From contig CACLNC010000001.1 in assembly GCA_902608175.1 (NCBI GenBank), positions 1,795 to 65,794 of the forward strand: 64,000 bases of DNA, read 5' to 3'. Shown here piece by piece: positions 47,983-58,178 of the stretch. Under the pieces are notes generated by a model. It was not told the DNA's origin, ran no database searches, and saw nothing but the letters and a program-made list of their open reading frames with translations. Positions within the stretch are counted from its first letter, which is position 1. Each line of letters begins with the position of its first letter. Origin of the DNA: an uncultured marine group I thaumarchaeote. Lineage in GTDB: Archaea > Thermoproteota > Nitrososphaeria > Nitrososphaerales > Nitrosopumilaceae. The position numbers and the translations under genes were made by a program.

Positions 47983-50268
47983 TTGTCAAAAATTGAGGTT
48001 GAAACAACACTGGAAATGGTTTCTAATGTATATCAGAAACTTGGACAAAATATAACAAAATATAGGAAAACTGTCGATAAACCATTAACACTAACAGAAA
48101 AAATACTTGCTGGACATTTAGAAGAAAGTTTTCTTGATAAAATTTTAGATAATGAAATGAATTATGTACTTTTACAACCAGACAGAGTTGCACTACAAGA
48201 TGTTACAGGACAGATGGTCATGCTTCAATTCATGCAAGCCAATCTAAAATCTACAGTATTACCAACAACAGTACACTGTGATCATCTCATTCAAGCAAGA
48301 ACTGAAGGAAAATCTGATACAAAGCTTGCAATTCTAGAAAATAATGAGGTATACAAATTTTTAGAATCTGCTTCAAGTAAATATGGTGTAGGTTTTTGGA
48401 AACCTGGTGCAGGAATTATTCACCAAGTAGTTCTAGAAAATTATGCATTTCCTGGTGGTTTAATGATTGGTACAGATTCTCATACACCTAATGCTGGTGG
48501 GTTAGGTATGTTAGCAATTGGTGTTGGTGGTGTTGATGCAGCCGAAACAATGGCTGGAAGTCCTTGGGAATTATTGTTTCCAAAACGAATAGGTGTATAT
48601 CTTAAAGGCGAAATGAACGGTTGGACTTCACCAAAGGATGTAATATTATGTGTGGCAGGACAACTAACAGTTTCAGGTGGAACTAATTCTATAATAGAAT
48701 ATTTTGGTCCTGGAACAAGTTCAATTAGTTGTACTGGTAAAGCAACAATTACCAATATGGGAGCTGAAATTGGTGCTACAACATCAATATTTCCTTATGA
48801 TGAAAGAATGGAAGTGTATCTTAAATCTACGGGAAGAGAAGAAATTGCAGAACTTGCAAACAAGTACAAACATCATCTAATACAAGATCCTGAAATTGAA
48901 CAAAACCCTGAAAAATATTTTGATCGAGTAATTGAAATTGATCTTTCAACACTTGAACCACATATTGTAGGTCCACATACACCTGACCTTGCTCGACCAA
49001 TATCTAAATTAGCAGAGGATGTAAAAAATAATAATTATCATGATCCTATATCAGTCGCATTAATTGGTAGTTGTACAAACTCATCTTACGAAGATATGTC
49101 TAGAGCTGCAGATTTAGCAAAACAAGCAAAATCAAAGGGAATCAAAGCAAAAATACCTCTTCTTGTAACTCCAGGCTCTGAAAAAATTAGGGCTACGATT
49201 GAGAGGGACGGTCAAATTGATTCATTAAAAACTATTGGCGCAACAGTTCTTGCTAATGCATGTGGTCCATGTATTGGTCAATGGCATAGACCTGAACTAA
49301 AACCTGGAAAAAAGAATACCATAGTAACATCATATAATAGAAATTTTCCAGGACGTAATGACGGAAAGCGTGAAACAATGAACTTTATTGCAAGTCCTGA
49401 ACTTGTAATTGCATTATCACTTAGTGGAAGTTTATCATTTAATCCTCTTGAGGATTCCCTTACTAGCCATGATGGGGTAACGTTCAAACTCGAACCACCA
49501 AAAACTGCACCTGATGTTCCAAGTAACGGTTTTGTAAATATCACCGACATCTATAACCCTCCATCAGAAACCCCCGATGATGTTCAAGTCTTGATTGATC
49601 CAAATAGTGATAGACTGCAAAAACTTGAACCATTTCCTGCTTGGAATAAAAAAGATTTCGATAATATACCTATACTAATCAAGGCTAGAGGAAAATGTAC
49701 AACCGATCATATTTCACCTGCTGGTCCATGGCTGAGATTAAGAGGTCATTTGGAAAAGTTAAGTGATAATCTCTTGCTAGGAGCAGTTAATGCGTTTAAT
49801 GATGATATTGGTAAAGTTAAAAATCCATTAACAGGATCGAGTGAATCATGCTCTGATACTGCACGACATTATAAGAAGGAAAAAATTAATTGGATTATAG
49901 TTGGTGACGATAATTATGGTGAAGGTAGTAGCCGTGAACATGCTGCAATGACTCCAAGATATCTTGGATGTGTTTCTGTTATTGCAAAAAGTTTTGCAAG
50001 AATACATGAAACAAATCTAAAAAAACAGGGCGTTCTTGCTTTAACATTTGAAAACAGTGATCAATATGATAAAATTCATGAAGATGATAGAATTTCTATA
50101 ATAGGATTAAATGAATTCTCTGAAGGAAATCCAGTACCATGTATTGTAAAACATTCAGATGGAACATCTGATACAATTCGATTAAATCATTCCTACAGTA
50201 CATCTCAAATTGAGTGGTTTCAACAAGGTTCAGCAATGAACGTTCTACGGGGAAAACAACAAAATTAA
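47983..50268 (+). CDS. acn: Aconitate hydratase (mitochondrial-like clade)
   Basis: HCDH, DSHT, IGSCTNSS, ACGPCIG and GSSREHA motifs. Confidence 0.95.
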   Translation: MSKIEVETTLEMVSNVYQKLGQNITKYRKTVDKPLTLTEKILAGHLEESFLDKILDNEMNYVLLQPDRVALQDVTGQMVMLQFMQANLKSTVLPTTVHCDHLIQARTEGKSDTKLAILENNEVYKFLESASSKYGVGFWKPGAGIIHQVVLENYAFPGGLMIGTDSHTPNAGGLGMLAIGVGGVDAAETMAGSPWELLFPKRIGVYLKGEMNGWTSPKDVILCVAGQLTVSGGTNSIIEYFGPGTSSISCTGKATITNMGAEIGATTSIFPYDERMEVYLKSTGREEIAELANKYKHHLIQDPEIEQNPEKYFDRVIEIDLSTLEPHIVGPHTPDLARPISKLAEDVKNNNYHDPISVALIGSCTNSSYEDMSRAADLAKQAKSKGIKAKIPLLVTPGSEKIRATIERDGQIDSLKTIGATVLANACGPCIGQWHRPELKPGKKNTIVTSYNRNFPGRNDGKRETMNFIASPELVIALSLSGSLSFNPLEDSLTSHDGVTFKLEPPKTAPDVPSNGFVNITDIYNPPSETPDDVQVLIDPNSDRLQKLEPFPAWNKKDFDNIPILIKARGKCTTDHISPAGPWLRLRGHLEKLSDNLLLGAVNAFNDDIGKVKNPLTGSSESCSDTARHYKKEKINWIIVGDDNYGEGSSREHAAMTPRYLGCVSVIAKSFARIHETNLKKQGVLALTFENSDQYDKIHEDDRISIIGLNEFSEGNPVPCIVKHSDGTSDTIRLNHSYSTSQIEWFQQGSAMNVLRGKQQN

Positions 50269-50276
50269 TTGGAACG

Positions 50277-50426
50277 TGGGGCCGATCGGAATCGAACCGA
50301 CGACCTACGGGTTACTACAGCTCCAAACTCACATCATCTTTTTATCAGTAGCTTGAATTAACCTCTGGAGCCCTTAGCGGTGAACTTCGTAGTCACTGTC
50401 GCCCTACCAGGCTGGGCTACGACCCC
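50277..50426 (-). tRNA. tRNA-Trp(CCA) with two introns (50374-50397 at 28/29; 50313-50364 at 37/38)
   Basis: GGGGTCG/CGGCCCC-A; removing 24 and 52 nt gives ACGGG-CT CCA GA-CCCGT. Confidence 0.88.
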
Positions 50427-50501
50427 ACAAATTAAAACAGTATAGCTTGAATTTTAAGTTATTTTATGAAAACTTAAGTGGAATTTTTACAAGAAAACCA
50501 T

Positions 50502-51035
50502 ATGGTAAAGCCGATCCTAATGATTTTTTTTGCAATACCAGTTATTTTGGCTGGAGTAATTGCAATACCATTAATCACTTCTATTGAAGTACCGGTCACT
50601 GCTGTGGATAAATTCGATGTGATTGAAATTGAATACACAAAACATAATCTTACAAAAGTTTCATTTGGAGTTACAGAAAGAATGGTATCTGAAAAATCAG
50701 AGATTTTAATCATTAAAAATAATGGTGATGTGATCTATACAGTAATTGAAGATGGAATAGCTAAACCCAACATATCATCAAAAATAGCTGAAGATAAAAA
50801 AACTAGAATTACTGCAATGATTAAAGAAACAGGATTCATGGCAATTCCTACAGACTCATTTTTGATTAATAATAATATAGATAAATATCTAAAATCCAAT
50901 GTTAAAATAACTCTTAATGGAAAAACTACCCAAATTTTTTGGCCAGAACAAGATGCTACTGAGCAATTAATACCACCAATTATTACATACGTGGAAACCG
51001 AACTAGATTCTATAATAAACGAAATAAGGAATTAA
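50502..51035 (+). CDS. Membrane-anchored hypothetical protein
   Basis: N-terminal TM followed by a soluble domain. Confidence 0.7.
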   Translation: MVKPILMIFFAIPVILAGVIAIPLITSIEVPVTAVDKFDVIEIEYTKHNLTKVSFGVTERMVSEKSEILIIKNNGDVIYTVIEDGIAKPNISSKIAEDKKTRITAMIKETGFMAIPTDSFLINNNIDKYLKSNVKITLNGKTTQIFWPEQDATEQLIPPIITYVETELDSIINEIRN

Positions 51036-51059
51036 ATAATCTCAAATACAAAATAGAGT

Positions 51060-52028
51060 ATGATTCCATTAGCTGGAGATATCAAAAATTCTGAAGGAAG
51101 AATTGATGAAAATATGGATTCTTGGGAAATAACTCGTGGGACATCAACCCTAAAACGCGGTTTTGCTCATATGCTAAAGAATGGTGTTGTTATGGATGTA
51201 ACAACAGTTGAGCAAGCACAAATTGCTGAAGATGCTGGTGCAGTTTCTGTAATGGTTCTTGATAAACTTCCTTCAGATGTAAGAAAAGCAGGTGGAGTAG
51301 CGAGAACAGCGAGTATTAGAGTTATTCAGGAAATAATGGATAATGTAACAATTCCCGTTATGGCAAAATGTAGGATTGGTCATGTTTACGAGGCTAAAGT
51401 TTTGGCTGAAGCTAATGTTGACATGATTGACGAGTCTGAGGTATTAACACCCGCAGATGAGAATCACCATATTTGGAAATGGGATTATACTACACCATTT
51501 GTAAATGGTGCAAGATCTTTGGCTGAAGCATTAAGACGTGTTGAAGAGGGTGCTGCAATGATTAGAACAAAAGGTGAACCTGGTACAGGAAATGTTGCAG
51601 AAGCTATACTACATATTAAAAAAGTAAATGATGAGTTAAGAACAATAAAAGCAATTTTTGATTCAGGCGATAAGCAGGATCTAGTAAAAATTGCAAGAGA
51701 TTTTCGTGTGTCTTATGATTTAGTAAAGGAAACTGCAAAGATTGGAAGATTACCAGTGGTAAATTTTGCAGCAGGTGGAATTGCAACTCCAGCTGATGCA
51801 GCTTATTTAATGTCATTAGGATGTGATGGAATTTTTGTTGGTTCAGGTATATTCAAGGCAGATGATGCAAAAGAAAGAGCACGTGCTGTTGTATTAGCAA
51901 CTACTTTCTGGGAAGATGCTGACGCAGTTAAAGAGGCACAGAAATTAATTAATGAAAAACAATCAATACTTGGGCTTGACGTAAAAAATCTTGAATTAAA
52001 AATGCAAGAACGTGGTGGATCAGCATAA
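51060..52028 (+). CDS. pdxS: PLP synthase lyase subunit
   Basis: [22 protein letters not shown] and [13 protein letters not shown] motifs. Confidence 0.97.
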   Translation: MIPLAGDIKNSEGRIDENMDSWEITRGTSTLKRGFAHMLKNGVVMDVTTVEQAQIAEDAGAVSVMVLDKLPSDVRKAGGVARTASIRVIQEIMDNVTIPVMAKCRIGHVYEAKVLAEANVDMIDESEVLTPADENHHIWKWDYTTPFVNGARSLAEALRRVEEGAAMIRTKGEPGTGNVAEAILHIKKVNDELRTIKAIFDSGDKQDLVKIARDFRVSYDLVKETAKIGRLPVVNFAAGGIATPADAAYLMSLGCDGIFVGSGIFKADDAKERARAVVLATTFWEDADAVKEAQKLINEKQSILGLDVKNLELKMQERGGSA

Positions 52029-52648
52029 CTGATCTTAATATAGGAATTCTTGCATTACAGGGTGATGTTACGGAGAATTTTATATCTACAATGGCTGCCT
52101 TGAATGATCTTGGTTTGGATGGATCTGTCAGTCAAGTTAAAACCCCTGATCAAATTTCAAAACTTGATGGATTGATAATACCTGGTGGTGAAAGTACAAT
52201 GATGGGACAACTTTCCTTAGTTAATGGCGCATTAAAGAAGGTAAAGGAAAAAATAGAATCAGGAATGCCAGTTTTTGGGATTTGCGCTGGAATGATTTTA
52301 CTTTCTAAAAACTCTAAGGATCGTGTAGTTGGAAAAACTGAACAACCACTATTAGATTTACTTGATGTGGAGATAGAACGAAATTCTTTTGGTAGACAAA
52401 AGGATTCTTTTGAGGCACAAATTTCTCTCGAACCTATTGGAATTTCGTCATTTCAGGGCATATTTATTCGTGCACCATCAGTACTAAACACTGGTTCTGG
52501 GGTAGAGACAATATCAAAATTTAATGAAAAGACTGTTGCAGTAAAACAAGGAAATATGATTGCCGCAGCATTTCATCCAGAGTTGACTTCTGATACTTCT
52601 TTGCACAAGTATTTTGTTAAAATGATTCAAGAATCAAAATTAAAGTAA
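52025..52648 (+). CDS. pdxT: PLP synthase glutaminase subunit (start apparently ATA at 52025)
   Basis: In-frame [10 protein letters not shown] upstream of the first ATG; PGGEST, CAG and FHPE motifs. Confidence 0.92.
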   Translation: MTDLNIGILALQGDVTENFISTMAALNDLGLDGSVSQVKTPDQISKLDGLIIPGGESTMMGQLSLVNGALKKVKEKIESGMPVFGICAGMILLSKNSKDRVVGKTEQPLLDLLDVEIERNSFGRQKDSFEAQISLEPIGISSFQGIFIRAPSVLNTGSGVETISKFNEKTVAVKQGNMIAAAFHPELTSDTSLHKYFVKMIQESKLK

Positions 52649-54964
52649 TTATTTTAGATTGTGCATAGCAATAAGATCATTTTTTACCAATTCTAGTTCT
52701 TCTGGAACCTTCATTTCTATAGAATCCTTTAGACTGAGAGATTTTGTCTTTTTTTCATTCCAAACTTTGGAGTTAAACTCTATAATTTTCTGTGTATATT
52801 CAGTTAGATCATCAGTTAATTCTTCATCTACTTGTAATTCTTTATGAATACTATTTTTTGAATAGAGAGTTTGCCATAGATAATCAGTAATAAATGGTGT
52901 GATGGGTGCAAGAAGTTTAAGAATTGTTGACAAAACTTTGTGAAGTGTGTAAATAGCCGCATCTCTCTCTTTATCAGAGAAATTTATTCCATATGCTCTA
53001 GCCTTTGCCATTTCAATATAATGCGCAGCAAAAATATTCCATGTAAATTCTCTAATAGCAATTGCTGGAATAAAGAAGTTATATTCATTGAATCCTTTTT
53101 TACATTCTTTCACAAGTTTACCCAACTCAGAAATAATCCATTTGTCTGTATGAATTAATTCCGCTGATTCAATTGTTGGAAAGCTAGAAAGAAATCTTGA
53201 TACATTCCAGAGTTTACTAAGAAATTTCTTTGTAGATTCAATTTTTTGTTCAGAACACCTAAAGTCATATCCATGATTAACTTCGCTTGCACTCCAAAAT
53301 CTAAAAGTGTCAGCTCCAAATTTTTCAATTATTGGAAGAGGATCTAATGCATTACCTTTGCTTTTACTCATCTTCATGCCTTTCTCATCCAATCCGTAGC
53401 CCATTATCCATGCCTCAGACCACGGTTTTTCTCCAGTAAGTTTTTCACATCGTAAAAGTGTGTAATACAGCCATGTCCTAACAATATCTTTTGCTTGTGG
53501 TCTAATACCTGTTGGATAAGTTCTTTTGAAAAACTCCTCATCTTTTTTAAATTTTGAAATAAATAATGGTGAAACACTAGAATCCATCCATGTATCAAAT
53601 GTTCTTTCCTCTCCTACAAATTCTATAGAATCACATTTTGCACATTTTTGTGCAGGGCATGTATCTTTCCACGGCCTATAATATTTTCCTGGTTCAGGTA
53701 TGTAAGGCTCTGAACATTTTTTACAATACCATATTGGTATTTCTGTTCCATAAAACCTTCTTCTGGAAATTGGCCAGTCAATAGATATTGATTCTAGCCA
53801 ATTCATGAGAATTTGTTTGTGCATATCTGGGTAAAATTTAATCTGATTACCGAGATCTTTGATTTTTTCAACTGATTCTTTTTGTTTTAGGTAATATTCC
53901 TCCATTGGAATAATTTCAATTGGTATTTTACTTCGTTCGGAAGTTGGAGTGCGATGAGAGATTTCTTCAATCTTTTCAACAAAACCACTATTTTCTAAAT
54001 CCTCAGTAATTTTTGTACGTGCTTGTTTTGGTTTAAGCCCAGTATAATCACCAGCAACTTCAGTCATTCTTCCATCAAGTCCTATTGCCACTACTTCCTC
54101 AAGATTTAGTTCTCTAAATAGTGCAACGTCATTTTGATCACCATAGCTACAAACCATTACAGCCCCAGAACCAAATTCCATTTGTGCTGAATGATGAGTT
54201 TTAATTTCAACTTCTTGATTTGATATTGGTACAATGATTTTTTTACCAACAAACTGTGAATATCTTTCATCTTCTGGATTAACAATCACAGTTTTACATG
54301 CACACAAAAGTTCAGGACGTGTACTAGCAATAATTATCTCGGTCTGTTCATCTTTAATCTTAAATTTCATATGAACAAGTTTTGTTGGAATCTCTTGGTA
54401 TGTTATTTCAGCATCAGCAATTGTTGTTCCTGTAACCCAATCGTAGTTATTAGGTCGTGTAGCAAGGTAGATTGAACCATTCTTCCATAGTTCAATGAAT
54501 GTTGCTTGTGTTAACGTTCTATATTCTTCAGAATCAGTCCTGTAGTAGTTATCAAAATCACAACTTAGTCCTAAACCTTTCATGATTTGAATCATTTCTG
54601 CTTCAAGGTCATTCAGTGCATCTTTACATAAATCAAGAAATTTACCTCTTTCAGTTTCACGCATTCTAATATCATGTTTTTTCTCAGTGTAGAGCTCAAC
54701 TGGTAAACCATTTCTATCAATTCCAATTGGAAAGTAAACATTCTTTCCAATCATACGTGCAGTTCTTGCAATCATATCAATTTGCGCATAATGTGATGCA
54801 GCTCCAATATGCCATGGTCTACCTGATGGGTATGGTGGTGGTGTATCTATTGTATAGCCATCAGAGTCAGATTGAAATTCGTATAGTTTTGAGTCATACC
54901 ATTTTTTTCTTATAGCTTTCTCTATCTTAGGATCCCACACTTTCTCCTGAATTTTTGGTTCCAT
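52649..54964 (-). CDS. valS: Valyl-tRNA synthetase
   Basis: DTPPPY.SG..HIG, WPISRR, DTWMDSS and KMSKS motifs. Confidence 0.95.
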   Translation of the reverse strand: MEPKIQEKVWDPKIEKAIRKKWYDSKLYEFQSDSDGYTIDTPPPYPSGRPWHIGAASHYAQIDMIARTARMIGKNVYFPIGIDRNGLPVELYTEKKHDIRMRETERGKFLDLCKDALNDLEAEMIQIMKGLGLSCDFDNYYRTDSEEYRTLTQATFIELWKNGSIYLATRPNNYDWVTGTTIADAEITYQEIPTKLVHMKFKIKDEQTEIIIASTRPELLCACKTVIVNPEDERYSQFVGKKIIVPISNQEVEIKTHHSAQMEFGSGAVMVCSYGDQNDVALFRELNLEEVVAIGLDGRMTEVAGDYTGLKPKQARTKITEDLENSGFVEKIEEISHRTPTSERSKIPIEIIPMEEYYLKQKESVEKIKDLGNQIKFYPDMHKQILMNWLESISIDWPISRRRFYGTEIPIWYCKKCSEPYIPEPGKYYRPWKDTCPAQKCAKCDSIEFVGEERTFDTWMDSSVSPLFISKFKKDEEFFKRTYPTGIRPQAKDIVRTWLYYTLLRCEKLTGEKPWSEAWIMGYGLDEKGMKMSKSKGNALDPLPIIEKFGADTFRFWSASEVNHGYDFRCSEQKIESTKKFLSKLWNVSRFLSSFPTIESAELIHTDKWIISELGKLVKECKKGFNEYNFFIPAIAIREFTWNIFAAHYIEMAKARAYGINFSDKERDAAIYTLHKVLSTILKLLAPITPFITDYLWQTLYSKNSIHKELQVDEELTDDLTEYTQKIIEFNSKVWNEKKTKSLSLKDSIEMKVPEELELVKNDLIAMHNLK

Positions 54965-54966
54965 TT

Positions 54967-55260
54967 CTAAAGCGAATTGAGTATCTTTGCAAGATTAATA
55001 TCATTTTCAGTTATTCCGCTTGCATCATGAGTCATTAGATCAATTACAAGTTTGTTGTAAACATTAAACCATTCTGGATGATGATTCATTTTCTCTATAT
55101 GCATAGATGCCCTAGCCATAAACCCAAATGCTTCATTGAAATCTGAAAACTCAAACTCTTTATGCAATTTTCCATTTACAACTGACCAACCATCTAAATC
55201 ATTTAATTCTGCTTGAATTTGCTCATCTGAAAGCTTTGTTAGTCCCATAGAGTTAGTCAT
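54967..55260 (-). CDS. Pterin-4-alpha-carbinolamine dehydratase
   Basis: NHHPEW and THDA.GITE.D motifs. Confidence 0.92.
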   Translation of the reverse strand: MTNSMGLTKLSDEQIQAELNDLDGWSVVNGKLHKEFEFSDFNEAFGFMARASMHIEKMNHHPEWFNVYNKLVIDLMTHDASGITENDINLAKILNSL

Positions 55261-55304
55261 TAATGTTAATTAATAAATTATCCAGATTACCCCATTTAGA
55301 ATAT

Positions 55305-56060
55305 ATGAATAATCAGTTACTAACAGAAATACAACAAGCGATAAAAAATACTGTAAAAGATGAGAAAATTGGTATTGCATTCTCTGGTGGAGTTGATAGT
55401 ACACTAATGGCAAAACTTCTAGTCGATCTTGGTTATAATATACATCTCTTGACTATTGGGTTTAATGATTCCCATGACATTAATTTTGCTAAGGAAGTCA
55501 ATGAAATTCTGAAATTACCACATTCTATTTTAGAAATTGAGCCTGAGAAATTTAAAAAAATTAGCGAAAAAATTCATGATTTGATTAATACAGACAATCT
55601 TTCTTGGAATGAGAACTCCATTGCATTTTATTATGTTGCAAAACTTGCAGATGAAAACGAAATCAAGACAGTTGTTACTGCTAATGGTGTTGATGAATTA
55701 TTTTGTGGTTACAACTCATATAGGGAGGCAATTGAAATTGGTGAAGATAAAGTCATGCAAATGATGGATGAGAAACTAAAAAATGAAAAAGATATGATGA
55801 TTGCCGTTAATGATGTAACTGTTGAATTTAATGTAAAAATATTACAACCACTTTTGGATTCAAATTTTATAACATATGCAAAGAAAATTCCAATTTCTGA
55901 AAAAATTCATGGGTCAGATGATATGAAGAGAAAACATATAATTCGTAAGTTGGCTGTTGATTGTGGTGTACCAGAAATCTCTGCACACAAACAGAAAAAG
56001 GCGTTACAATATGGTTCTCAAATCCACAAATCTTTGTTAAAATCTAGGAAAATTTCTTAG
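55305..56060 (+). CDS. Asparagine synthase C-terminal domain protein (PP-loop)
   Basis: FSGGVDS, GVDELFCGY and KKALQYGS; no glutaminase domain. Confidence 0.85.
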   Translation: MNNQLLTEIQQAIKNTVKDEKIGIAFSGGVDSTLMAKLLVDLGYNIHLLTIGFNDSHDINFAKEVNEILKLPHSILEIEPEKFKKISEKIHDLINTDNLSWNENSIAFYYVAKLADENEIKTVVTANGVDELFCGYNSYREAIEIGEDKVMQMMDEKLKNEKDMMIAVNDVTVEFNVKILQPLLDSNFITYAKKIPISEKIHGSDDMKRKHIIRKLAVDCGVPEISAHKQKKALQYGSQIHKSLLKSRKIS

Positions 56061-57405
56061 CATTTATTTTTACATGCTTGTAGACATTATCAATTATTAT
56101 TGATGATGCCCCCAAGTGTTTTTCGGGAATAAATATTGATTTTATTTCACTATCTGAGAGACTAGATGAGATTATCTTATCATTTTTTATTGCGTCAATG
56201 TAGTTAATTCCTTTTTTATGAGCATCAAAAGCAACTCGTTGAACATCACGATATGCTTTGAATCTAGGTATTCCTTTTTTGATTAGTGCCTCCAGCACAA
56301 ACTCTGCAAAAATTTGTCCTTTTGTTATATGCAAATTTTCTTTTACACGCTTAGTATCTACTTGTAAATTCCCAATTATTTTTAGCATGGTTTCTATCAT
56401 TTCATCAAGAAGAATAGATGACATTGGAAGAATAAATCGTTCATTTGCTGAATTTGACAAGTCCCTTTCATGCCATAATGGAATGTTCTCAAATGATATG
56501 TTGATCTGGCTTCTTAGAAGTTTTGATAATGAAGAGATTCTTTCGCTTTTTATTGGATTTCGCTTGGTAGGAACTGCACTACTACCCATTTGACCTTTCT
56601 TGAAATGTTCTGACACTTCTCTAATTTCTGTTCTTTGTAGATTTCTAATTTCAATTGAGATTTTTTCTAGTGTTGCGCCAAGCAGTGATAATTGGAAAAT
56701 ATACTCAGCATATCTTTCTCTAGGAATAATTTGTGTAGTCACTTTAGCTGGATACAAAGAAAGTTTTTTTGCAACACGATCCTGAACTTTAATTGCATTT
56801 TTACCCATTAAAGAGCCTGTACCAACAACACCAAGTGTTTTACAAATTAGAATTCTCTTTTTAATCTCATCTAATCGTTCAAGATGAGTAGACATTTCAG
56901 CTGCCCAATTTGCAAATTTTAGTCCAAATGAAATAATACTTGCATGCTGTCCATGAGTTCTACCAACAGCTGGCACATTCTTGTATTTTAGAGCATTTTT
57001 AGCAAGTAGTATAGACAGTTTTGAGACCTTTGGTTGAATAATGTTAATGGCATCTCGCATCTGCATGGAGTTACTGGTGTCAACTAGATCATTACTTGTA
57101 AGACCATAATGAATCCATGGTCTTGATTCTTTTTTACATTTTTCTGCAAGTGATTCAACAAGTGCAGCAGTGTCATGATCACTTTTTGCTTCTAACTGTT
57201 TAATTCGTTTGGCAGTGATCTTTCCTGATTTTGCAGCTCTTGCAATATCTTTTGCAATAGATTTGGAGATCAAGCCAATTTCACTTTGTGATAAAGCCGC
57301 AGCGGCTTCAATTTCTAATTGATAATCAATCTTTTTTTGCTCTCTAAAAATATCAAGCATTTCTTTTGTACCATAGCGACCTGTGTCAATTGGTAAAATA
57401 GACAA
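56044..57405 (-). CDS. purB: Adenylosuccinate lyase
   Basis: HYGLTSND, GRTHGQHA and GSSAVPTKRNP motifs. Confidence 0.95.
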   Translation of the reverse strand: MSILPIDTGRYGTKEMLDIFREQKKIDYQLEIEAAAALSQSEIGLISKSIAKDIARAAKSGKITAKRIKQLEAKSDHDTAALVESLAEKCKKESRPWIHYGLTSNDLVDTSNSMQMRDAINIIQPKVSKLSILLAKNALKYKNVPAVGRTHGQHASIISFGLKFANWAAEMSTHLERLDEIKKRILICKTLGVVGTGSLMGKNAIKVQDRVAKKLSLYPAKVTTQIIPRERYAEYIFQLSLLGATLEKISIEIRNLQRTEIREVSEHFKKGQMGSSAVPTKRNPIKSERISSLSKLLRSQINISFENIPLWHERDLSNSANERFILPMSSILLDEMIETMLKIIGNLQVDTKRVKENLHITKGQIFAEFVLEALIKKGIPRFKAYRDVQRVAFDAHKKGINYIDAIKNDKIISSSLSDSEIKSIFIPEKHLGASSIIIDNVYKHVKINAKKFS

Positions 57406-57443
57406 TAATTATAGTAAATTTATTACAAAAATAAATCTATGTC

Positions 57444-58091
57444 TTAGTAAACAAAATTAGAATTTGCACCATCAAAATTAATGACCACACCTGAAAGATA
57501 TTTTATGTTGTTTTCAACTATTGATTTTACAAAATCACCAATTTCTTGAGGTTTTCCAAGTCTTTTCATAGGTAGAGTTTTTGCAAAATTTTCTACATCA
57601 TCAATTAGTTCCTTTGTTCTATCAGTATTAATTGGACCAGGAGCAATATTGATACAGCTTACTTGTCTATTTGCAAATTCTTTACTCAAAATTTTAAAGA
57701 CGCTTGAAAATGCAGCACGATAAGCGCTTGATATAATGAGCTTCGAAGTTGGTTCTTTTATCACGTTTGATGAAATTAGAAATATGTATCCATTATCATT
57801 AATTTTGAGTTTTTGTAAAAGCAAACAAAAACCCAAAAATAATTGATTATGATAATGATTCCAATCTTTCTCTGTGATAGAAAAAAATTCTTTTGGATCT
57901 GGTCCACCAGTGTTTAATACTAAAATATCAGTTTCCTTATATTTTTCAACAAACTCTGATACGCTATCCAAATTTGACGTATCGAGATCATTTTTGGAGG
58001 TTGCAATAACATCAAGATTAATTGATTTTAATGAATCACTAATTGCTTTTCCAATTCCTCTAGAACCACCCAAAACTATTGCTTTTGTCAT
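57444..58091 (-). CDS. Short-chain dehydrogenase/reductase
   Basis: GGSRGIG, NTGGP and PGPINT motifs. Confidence 0.88.
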   Translation of the reverse strand: MTKAIVLGGSRGIGKAISDSLKSINLDVIATSKNDLDTSNLDSVSEFVEKYKETDILVLNTGGPDPKEFFSITEKDWNHYHNQLFLGFCLLLQKLKINDNGYIFLISSNVIKEPTSKLIISSAYRAAFSSVFKILSKEFANRQVSCINIAPGPINTDRTKELIDDVENFAKTLPMKRLGKPQEIGDFVKSIVENNIKYLSGVVINFDGANSNFVY

Positions 58092-58178
58092 AGATTATCA
58101 TGAATTTTATTTCATTTTAATCTAGTGTAAATTGCCTTCAATTATGATTTAAATTATAAGAAAGTGTTTCAAATCTAA

